A DNA stretch of 64,000 bases, taken from assembly GCA_048884965.1 (NCBI GenBank), contig JBHLQH010000013.1, positions 1-64,000 of the forward strand, given 5' to 3'. Position 1 is the first letter of the stretch, and every line of letters starts with the position of its first letter. The position numbers were made by a program, and so were the translations under genes. Positions 56,811 to 64,000 of the stretch are shown in pieces. The stretch is from Candidatus Thorarchaeota archaeon. GTDB lineage: Archaea > Asgardarchaeota > Thorarchaeia > Thorarchaeales > Thorarchaeaceae. The notes under the pieces were generated by a model. It was given only the letters and a program-made list of their open reading frames with translations. It did not search any database and was not told the origin of the DNA.

Positions 56811-59800
56811 CTATCTACGTCGACGTACTAGGACACAAGCGATGACTACGACAATCACAATACCAGCAACCATCACAACATCCGAAAATGAACCTCCATT
56901 TGTTGGGGGTGTAGGAGTTGTACCGGTCGTTGGCAAGGTCGAAGTTGACGTGGTCGTAGTAGTTGTCACACTAGGAGTCTGGTGAGCGCTTGTATATGAT
57001 ACAAAGACAGGATCCACGCGAATCTCCTGACCACCCCAATGTGTATAGCCAGCGGTCATGAAGAGCATGGAAGCATCAACGTTCCACTGTGTGATGCTTT
57101 GGCCACTGTCTGATTGATACATGGCACTGAAAGCACCAATGGGAGCTGTTGATGACCCAGAGATGTACTCAACTGAGAATGCTGGATTATCACCTGCCCA
57201 AGTATATGGCAAACCACCCATGCTCACGTTTGCATATGGACTATCTTGGGAACCAAATAAGTAGTAATTGGCTCCAGTACTATCACCATTTGTATCAGTG
57301 ATGGGCTCAGAACCAGCTTGATACTGGGTATGTGTCACAGTTCCTAGCACTGCAAAGTAGTTCACCGCAAGACTTCGTTCCGCTAGTGCGTCATCATTGA
57401 AATCAACAAGATCCCAATCACCAATGACTTGATCGACCTTGAACGATGTCGCATGGTTCCATGTCGTTGGATCAGACTCATCGTACTCGACCATATCAAC
57501 TATGAATGAAACATCAAAGGACATTTCCTCGATCGTCGCGTGAGTGATTCTATAGTCGAAATCAGTAGAGTTCAATCCGATGGCGCCTTCATAGGATTGC
57601 CTGAATTGCCAAGGTCCACGTATACCTTCACCATTCTGGATACGGAGAGGATAGATGGTTACATTGACATCATAGATCGATACTCCATAGCTGATGTCAG
57701 TTTCTGGACTGACATACACCAAACCAGATCCGTTGGTTGCTCCAAATGGTTGCCGTACTTCAACAGATCCTATGGAGTCAATCAATACAACATGCGATAC
57801 CTCCTCCGTTACGACACCACCTTCCTCTATCGAGAAATCAGGAGCATCGGGTGATGCACCCATTGGATCATCATCGAAGATGAGCATACCTGCATATTCA
57901 GTCCTGAAGGTTGCTATGGTTCGCGAGCTCTCACTAATGGCAACATTGAATGCCTGTTGTGAACCCCACGAGAACCATGTATTCTTCCATACGCCTGTTT
58001 CCAAACCAGGAATCTGAGTCATATCATAGGTCCAGTTTCTGGAAAGCCAAGCTACATAGGAATACTCTGGAGCAGGAATATCATTACCCTCATCGGCCCA
58101 AAGTTGATCCTTAATATCAACCATCTCAGAAGAGGATACAGGAGAGAAGTCATTGGCATGGAACCAGTAGAATGTTTCATTCGCACTGAACTCCATGGTG
58201 AGTGATACTGCACCCATCCAATTGACCGCATGAAACTCATCTCCATTGTTTCCAGGACTTGGATCGAATATCAGGTTAACTCGCATTCCCTCTGCAGTGA
58301 TGTTGCCATAATCCTCCCAGTAGCCTGTTCGCTTCACAAAGTACTGGTCTTCGGTAGTGTATGTGTTGCCATCAAGATCGATGGCACCATCATCGGTTAC
58401 AGCCCAAACCTGAGGTACATAGAATTCTACATCGCCAAGTCTGAAGTGCACTGGACTCCAAATGATATCGTTGGTAACGTCGTAGGGATGGTATTGATCA
58501 ATCCATTCCGGAACTGTATCATACCCAATCCACCATGGGAAACCATAGGTGTTATTGGCAGGATCCCATATCCTCAGATTCTCTAGTAGGCCTACTGTCA
58601 TCTTGGCTTTGTCAAAGATCATATCAGGTGCCTGCGCATCGAAGGTGATGTTCAAGTAGAGTTTGCTTAGATTGGGACCCATAGTTATGTTCCAATCATT
58701 CACCGTTACCCATTGGTCGATGACGATTTGAAGTGGTCCTACTTGCACGCCAGTTTCCTTCAAGTGAGTTCGTTTGACCATTACGGACCAGACCCGAGCT
58801 TCATTTTCTTCGAAGTCTAGCGTGACATTGTACGAAGCTGCATATACCCAGTAGTGCGTATCGTTCTCACCAGAGCCATCACCAGATAGTTGAATGGATA
58901 TGTTAACCAGCTGTTCAGTTAGTTCCCACCAATTATTTTCATGATAGAACTCTTCGGTTCCATTGAACGATTCCAACGGTTTGTGTATCAGCATAGTGAT
59001 GTTGAGGCTCTCACCTTGATCGCCTTTATCCGCTATGTTTCCTTCGGCATCAAAGACGAATGATTCAATGAAATCAGCTCGATAAGCTAAACGCATTGTT
59101 TGCAATCGAGTTATTTCTGGACGAGGTACTAGCTGATTACCCTCTGCATCCTCAACTTGAGTGAACCAGAGAATATCAGTAGGATCGATGACATCACCAT
59201 TACTAAAGGGCGAAGCATCCATATCGGTAATGTTAGTGAAGTATCCTCCCCACATTACGCCATTCCCTCCGTCGAACTCTCCTGTATAGGTCGCATTCAT
59301 TACATAGAACTCTTCTAGGTCGATTGTCGTATTCCGTATCATCGTGAACTTCGGAAGCCACTGACCTATACCAGGAGCTATCTCGGTCCACAGGAACTCA
59401 ATGTGTGGATACCCTGCCAGAGCATAGGTCCCTGTTTCATTGTGCTTGAAATAGACCATTGGTCCAAGTTTCATAGATTGGTTCTCTAATGGAGGATTCT
59501 CAAGATACATGTTCGCACTTGGGAATCCAACAGGTTGAGTGAAATTCACCCACTGCTGATAGCTCGTATTCCATGTCAATACTGCAAATGGTACAACCAC
59601 ATCGCCTAATTCATGAGCTGCTCTTATCCGAACAATGAAGGTATCGTTGTAGGATGCATAATGAAGGAGTTGCCCATTCGGAGATACTATGTCGCCATAG
59701 AAATACTGCGGAAGCGAGAAATCTCGTGGATTCACTGGTAAACCAAGGGCGATTGGAGGTGTGACAAAAGCCCCACTCTGCAATCGAGAGAGCCATGATG

Positions 59801-60407
59801 GCGAAACTGGACGTCCAAGCGTGTCGATTGCTTGCATTCCTGTCCAGAATACTCCATTAATTATTTCCTCAGTGAAGGTCACTGCAAAAACGGCGCTGTA
59901 GTCGTCTGCTGTTTCCACATAGGTATTGTTCTCCAAGTCAGCTGATAAGAAGTTTGAGAACGAAGGCACTTCTGCTCCAGGGGCATAGTGCAATGTGACT
60001 GGAGTCGCCCAGTCATCACCTGTTGCATTGTATTGAAGCAAGAATATCGCCCTTCCAGTTCCTGTTGCCTGTCCCCAGAATCTTATGATCTCGAGTTCAA
60101 CACCTTCTCCAAGAAATGGCTTGGGAATTGTTATGTTGATGAAAAGCTTGTCACCTACATCAACAGAATAGAAATTGTCTGCAATGTCGGTTCCATTCTC
60201 AGCATACGATATCACTATCGTAGGTTGTGGACCGAACATCCACTCAGAGCTCTGTTCACTGTGGCTTAGTTCCTGGAATGAATCAACAACTTCCCAACCA
60301 ACTAGTACAACGGGATCGGGAGCAGTTTGAGCTGAAACAAAAGCAGCTGAGGAAGCTAAGCCAACAAGAAGCAGAGCGACAATAAGTATGCTATACGTCT
60401 TATTCAT
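56811..60407 (-). CDS. Large exported, C-terminally anchored (S-layer-like) glycoprotein
   Basis: Signal peptide, many N-x-S/T sequons, Thr-rich linker, TM and RRRR tail. Confidence 0.75.
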   Translation of the reverse strand: MNKTYSILIVALLLVGLASSAAFVSAQTAPDPVVLVGWEVVDSFQELSHSEQSSEWMFGPQPTIVISYAENGTDIADNFYSVDVGDKLFINITIPKPFLGEGVELEIIRFWGQATGTGRAIFLLQYNATGDDWATPVTLHYAPGAEVPSFSNFLSADLENNTYVETADDYSAVFAVTFTEEIINGVFWTGMQAIDTLGRPVSPSWLSRLQSGAFVTPPIALGLPVNPRDFSLPQYFYGDIVSPNGQLLHYASYNDTFIVRIRAAHELGDVVVPFAVLTWNTSYQQWVNFTQPVGFPSANMYLENPPLENQSMKLGPMVYFKHNETGTYALAGYPHIEFLWTEIAPGIGQWLPKFTMIRNTTIDLEEFYVMNATYTGEFDGGNGVMWGGYFTNITDMDASPFSNGDVIDPTDILWFTQVEDAEGNQLVPRPEITRLQTMRLAYRADFIESFVFDAEGNIADKGDQGESLNITMLIHKPLESFNGTEEFYHENNWWELTEQLVNISIQLSGDGSGENDTHYWVYAASYNVTLDFEENEARVWSVMVKRTHLKETGVQVGPLQIVIDQWVTVNDWNITMGPNLSKLYLNITFDAQAPDMIFDKAKMTVGLLENLRIWDPANNTYGFPWWIGYDTVPEWIDQYHPYDVTNDIIWSPVHFRLGDVEFYVPQVWAVTDDGAIDLDGNTYTTEDQYFVKRTGYWEDYGNITAEGMRVNLIFDPSPGNNGDEFHAVNWMGAVSLTMEFSANETFYWFHANDFSPVSSSEMVDIKDQLWADEGNDIPAPEYSYVAWLSRNWTYDMTQIPGLETGVWKNTWFSWGSQQAFNVAISESSRTIATFRTEYAGMLIFDDDPMGASPDAPDFSIEEGGVVTEEVSHVVLIDSIGSVEVRQPFGATNGSGLVYVSPETDISYGVSIYDVNVTIYPLRIQNGEGIRGPWQFRQSYEGAIGLNSTDFDYRITHATIEEMSFDVSFIVDMVEYDESDPTTWNHATSFKVDQVIGDWDLVDFNDDALAERSLAVNYFAVLGTVTHTQYQAGSEPITDTNGDSTGANYYLFGSQDSPYANVSMGGLPYTWAGDNPAFSVEYISGSSTAPIGAFSAMYQSDSGQSITQWNVDASMLFMTAGYTHWGGQEIRVDPVFVSYTSAHQTPSVTTTTTTSTSTLPTTGTTPTPPTNGGSFSDVVMVAGIVIVVVIACVLVRRRR

Positions 60408-60659
60408 TTCAATATCTCCTCATTGATATTGATGACTGCAAACATGCCAAGATATTGAACTCAACGTAGTGTGTGGTTTCTTTATTGTGATTAATATCAG
60501 GCGCGGAATCAAGTGCAGGTCCAATCAATATCATTTCACGTTTCATCAAAGGATACGTCCTATAATCCTCTGATAGAAGAAACCATTTGACTGCAGGTAC
60601 TAGTGCGAAGGTTTGCTATTAAAGCGCGATGTATGAATCGTCTAGAAAAACCATCCACA

Positions 60660-61628
60660 CTATTTTTGGGCATAATAGGTTGATTCTCGCTTTACTAACT
60701 GAGCAACTCCCCTCGTTTCAAGTACCCTTACAAGATCCTGGGTTTCAGCAAGTGCCAAGATCAATTGACTGTCATCGTATTCCCCATAGAGGTATCTAGA
60801 TAGCTTATAGATCGAAATGGGAGTAGAGGTGATATGCTGAGAAGCTCGCTCGAGTTTCTCGTCATAGTCCGAAAGTAGCGCTTCAATTCTAGCTGACAAA
60901 TCGTGAATGAGAGACCGATGACCGGGTAGAACCAGATAGTCAGAATATCTCCTAATCTTTTCTAGAGACTCAAAGTACCTCAGGATGGATATCCCTAAGA
61001 TACCATCGAAATCCAGGGAGGGATTTGACGAGATATCACCTAGAACATGGTCTCCTGAGAATAGAACATGTTGTGACTTTAAGGCATAGCATAAAGACCC
61101 CAATGAATGGCCTGGAACCCAGACAGTGGTTAGGTCACCGAGTCCAGACTTGATGAGGTCTCCATCAGTTGCATGAAGAACTTCTGGAACAGACTCGCCA
61201 AACTTCAAGAAATACGCAGCAAGAGCGTTGTGCGAATCAAGAATCCCACTCTCAACAGATGCCCCTGACTCAAATGCGATTCTGTGATAGGCATGCATTC
61301 TATCATCAATATATTCCTCGTATGCTGTGATTCGTGAGGAATCCATTTCATGGATCCATACCTTCACGTCGTGCTTGCTTCGATCTATAATCGTCTTTAC
61401 AAGTCCAATATGATCAACATGTCCGTGAGTCAGACATACTTGCTCTATATCTTCAATCTCATATCCAGTATCTGAGAGACCCGATTCAAACTTCGCCAGT
61501 GCAAGTGATGATTTTACTCCAGTGTCTACCAGTGTAACAGGACTACCTTCAATCAGATAGCAGTTCACAGGACCTACTGGAAATGGAGTAGGTACTTCAA
61601 TGAGATGAATGCCTTCAGAAACCTGCAA
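60660..61628 (-). CDS. MBL-fold metallo-hydrolase
   Basis: PVNCYLI, LVDTG, THGHVDHIG, PGHS, SGDH and PGH. Confidence 0.9.
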   Translation of the reverse strand: MQVSEGIHLIEVPTPFPVGPVNCYLIEGSPVTLVDTGVKSSLALAKFESGLSDTGYEIEDIEQVCLTHGHVDHIGLVKTIIDRSKHDVKVWIHEMDSSRITAYEEYIDDRMHAYHRIAFESGASVESGILDSHNALAAYFLKFGESVPEVLHATDGDLIKSGLGDLTTVWVPGHSLGSLCYALKSQHVLFSGDHVLGDISSNPSLDFDGILGISILRYFESLEKIRRYSDYLVLPGHRSLIHDLSARIEALLSDYDEKLERASQHITSTPISIYKLSRYLYGEYDDSQLILALAETQDLVRVLETRGVAQLVKRESTYYAQK

Positions 61629-61632
61629 TGTG

Positions 61633-63648
61633 TTAGAGCTCCTGGAAATACACTCTCAATAATTCTGCTACATTTCTAGCCCTCGAAACTACTCCTCTGT
61701 CACGATGAGGCTTGGAGCCATCGAACATATCAGAGATTGTTCCAAGACATCCACTTCTAATGGTATCGAGAACTGGTCGGAAGAACTCTTTCTCGGCATA
61801 GGCCTTATTCTCAGCAGTTCGGCCGTTCACAGCGAGATAGGCTGAGATGTATGGACCAATCAACCATGGATGAACGGTCCCTTGATGTGTGGCTCCTGCT
61901 CTACTTCGAGGTCCTCCAGTCAATGCACGGGCATACCTCTTATCCTTGGGCGACAAAGTGCGTAGACCGTAGGGAGTAAACAGCTCATCTTCAACTACTT
62001 TGAGCACTGACTTCTCCATCTCCGGTTCAAGTATCCTATATGGTAGACACAATGCAAAAATCTGGTTCGGACGAATTGAGTCATCCTTCTCTTCGTCGGA
62101 TATCAGATCATAGAGATACCCTAGCTCTTCATCCCAGAAAGATTGAATGAAAGCTTCTCTAATCCAGGATGCCACAGCTTTGTATTCATAGGGATCACGC
62201 CCCATCATTTGAGACATATCTCCCATTGCCATTAAGGCATTGTACCATAGCGCGTTGACTTCAACGCACTTCCCAATCCTCGGAGTAGCACACCAATTGC
62301 CAATCCGTTCATTCATCCACGATACCTCAACACCCTCAATACCTGAGCAGATCAATCCGTCGTGATCCTCATGGATGTTGAACTTCGTCCCAATTCTATA
62401 TGCAGTAATAATAGACTCCATGGTTTCCCAAATGATACCTCGCAGGAATTCCACATCGTTAGTTGCCTCAAGATACTTCTTCACTGCAATGATAAACCAA
62501 AGAGAAGCGTCTACTGAATCGTACTCTGGTTGAATACCTCTATCAGGAAAGTCATTTGCAATCAGTCCATATCGTGAATACCTAGCGTAAGTAGTGAGGA
62601 TTTCTCGAGCATCCTGAAATCTACCTATAGCTACGCTCAGACCTGTATGAGCTATAAGAGCATCTAGTCCAATATCAACTAGTTCGTGAAATCCCGCCAG
62701 AATGGATTTTCTTCGTGTGGAAGCCCTATCTACTATGAATGTGTCAGCATTATAGACAAGCCACTCAATGTCCTCATCGCGAGCTCTATCAGTAAGAGCA
62801 TAAGCCCGATCATTGAGAATCTTCCTTCTGCGTAACTCATCAAATCGCAGCTGAGCGAAATCCTTCCTCTCAGCTTTGGCTAGTTCTCCAAGCTCAGTCA
62901 TCAGAGTCTTCTGAGTTTGTCCTACTGCAAACAAGAAACTCAGAAAATGCTCTCCGGGTTCAAGTATAGTATGAAAGACTCCGGGGATATAGAGTTCTTC
63001 TTGATGAGGCAATCCCTTTGCTTTGTCCTTGCGGTAGATTTGCGGTTCAGAAATCTTGAGTTTTGTCTGCATGAACTCCGCATCAGGGGTATAGGCATAC
63101 ATCCAGGGGCTGATATCTCGGTCATCATATGAAAAATAAGAATGATCATCGATTATCTCTATGGCCGGAGTGAAATCCAACTTTGACCGCAAGCTGTTGA
63201 TTGGACGACAAGTCTGAAACGGTGTCACCGTTAGGACAGTTTCTTCTGAGTTCTGAAACTCGTAATTAACGACAGTCAGATTTCTTCTATGGGCCATAAA
63301 GACGGTCTTGTGCATTGTAAGGCAATCAGTTGAGTAAGTCATCTGAGGCAATGGATTAAGAACGAATCGTGTCAGACTCCTATAACCTCGTTGTGATACA
63401 CCCTCAGAAGTGTGCTCTGTTCCAAGATTACAGGGCTCATCCCCTGTAGCTACTACTTCGTCAAGACGTGAAAGAGTTAGCCAGCGATCAACAGGAGGAT
63501 TCAGAGATGACACTAAGAGCCCATGATGGCTTCGAGTATTCATCCCTACAATCGTTGATGAGGCATACCCCCCAAGGCCATTCGCATAGAGATATTCGAA
63601 TGTGACAGCTCGGTTCAGCCTCAGATCTGCTTCCTCTAGTATTATCAC
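61633..63648 (-). CDS. Glycogen debranching enzyme family (amylo-alpha-1,6-glucosidase, GDE_N+GDE_C), divergent active site
   Basis: NGLGGYASS, TRSHHGLL, DASLWF, GKCVEVNALWYNAL, IRPNQ, TPYGLRTL and HQGTVHPWL. Confidence 0.85.
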   Translation of the reverse strand: MIILEEADLRLNRAVTFEYLYANGLGGYASSTIVGMNTRSHHGLLVSSLNPPVDRWLTLSRLDEVVATGDEPCNLGTEHTSEGVSQRGYRSLTRFVLNPLPQMTYSTDCLTMHKTVFMAHRRNLTVVNYEFQNSEETVLTVTPFQTCRPINSLRSKLDFTPAIEIIDDHSYFSYDDRDISPWMYAYTPDAEFMQTKLKISEPQIYRKDKAKGLPHQEELYIPGVFHTILEPGEHFLSFLFAVGQTQKTLMTELGELAKAERKDFAQLRFDELRRRKILNDRAYALTDRARDEDIEWLVYNADTFIVDRASTRRKSILAGFHELVDIGLDALIAHTGLSVAIGRFQDAREILTTYARYSRYGLIANDFPDRGIQPEYDSVDASLWFIIAVKKYLEATNDVEFLRGIIWETMESIITAYRIGTKFNIHEDHDGLICSGIEGVEVSWMNERIGNWCATPRIGKCVEVNALWYNALMAMGDMSQMMGRDPYEYKAVASWIREAFIQSFWDEELGYLYDLISDEEKDDSIRPNQIFALCLPYRILEPEMEKSVLKVVEDELFTPYGLRTLSPKDKRYARALTGGPRSRAGATHQGTVHPWLIGPYISAYLAVNGRTAENKAYAEKEFFRPVLDTIRSGCLGTISDMFDGSKPHRDRGVVSRARNVAELLRVYFQEL

Positions 63649-63796
63649 AGCTGGAATCTCACATTCTTTCTCTGCTCACTACACTACAACCAGACTTTAA
63701 GCATTGCGTGCGCTATGGATGAATGTGGCACAGACAGTCAGTATCTTAAGGAGCTCATTTCCTCGTCCATTATTCCAATCAAATTGGTGATACAAG

Positions 63797-64000
63797 ATGG
63801 TAACTCCAGATCATACAGTAATAAAGCCCCCTGCCAGAAGGATAGGAGGACTTACTGGAAATCTCTGGAGACTCGCTCTTGTAATCGGTGTCGCACAATT
63901 CTCTATGAGTGTGTGGACATGGCAATTCGGCATTTACATTGAAACACTCATCGAGCCTTGGCAGATGGGTCTAACTTTCACTGCTAGCTCTATTGCAGGT
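63797..64000 (+). CDS. Probable MFS transporter (N-terminus only; runs off the window)
   Basis: ATG behind GGTGAT: MVTPDHTVIKPPARRIGGLTGNLWRLALVIGVAQFSMSVWTWQFGIYIETLIEPWQMGLTFTASSIAG, with a TM1/TM2-like pattern. Confidence 0.65.
   Translation, partial: MVTPDHTVIKPPARRIGGLTGNLWRLALVIGVAQFSMSVWTWQFGIYIETLIEPWQMGLTFTASSIAG

Noticed and set aside
63715-63942. 75-aa plus-strand ORF
   Set aside because: A different frame starting at 63797 has an SD site and transporter-like hydrophobicity.
1-64000. Genome-wide TAG-to-pyrrolysine recoding
   Set aside because: Many genes (mvhA, mvhG, hdrA', others) end in TAG directly before the next gene or a hairpin, so TAG is normally a stop.

Overview
64 kb of archaeal chromosome, most consistent with an Asgard archaeon (Thorarchaeia-like; inferred from gene content, GGTGAT/GGAG Shine-Dalgarno sites and a eukaryote-type SECIS). 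In order, it contains: (i) a PadR-headed oxidoreductase operon (FixC/GGR-like, FixX-like, two GlcD-like FAD oxidoreductases, a CCG Fe-S protein); (ii) an accessory cell-surface region (~6-23.5 kb) with three SBBP beta-propeller membrane proteins, a beta-helix protein, a broken LVIVD gene, twin ribbon-helix-helix regulators, a TPR protein and a permuted ABC substrate-binding protein; (iii) a degenerate sensor kinase, an AsnC-type regulator, a GH3 beta-glucosidase, a TPR protein and an MBL hydrolase; (iv) an hdrA'-hdrC-hdrB-hdrA-mvhD-wHTH-mvhG-mvhA operon ending in a selenoprotein gene (vhuU, in-frame UGA) that the ORF track misses; (v) GTP-PEPCK, aldehyde:ferredoxin oxidoreductase, TPR/LRR/Zn-ribbon/Eis/PRC proteins, a possible gelsolin-like and a C4HC3 finger protein, a rifampin-phosphotransferase-like enzyme cluster, a large exported protein, an MBL hydrolase, a divergent glycogen debranching enzyme and the start of an MFS transporter. 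Main findings: eight invariant, synonymously diversified WNHPTDLPD repeats in the predicted cytoplasmic tail of a surface propeller protein; a Sec-VhuU whose stop codon forms the SECIS core and which has a vicinal Cys-Sec; two unannotated similar 28-aa membrane microproteins; a shared TATATGACATGTCATATA-type operator linking the twin RHH genes to surface-protein genes; and a TTACA-N3-TGTAA operator array before the hdr/mvh operon. No rRNA, tRNA, CRISPR array or transposase was recognised. All family assignments come from reading motifs by eye; no database searches were run.
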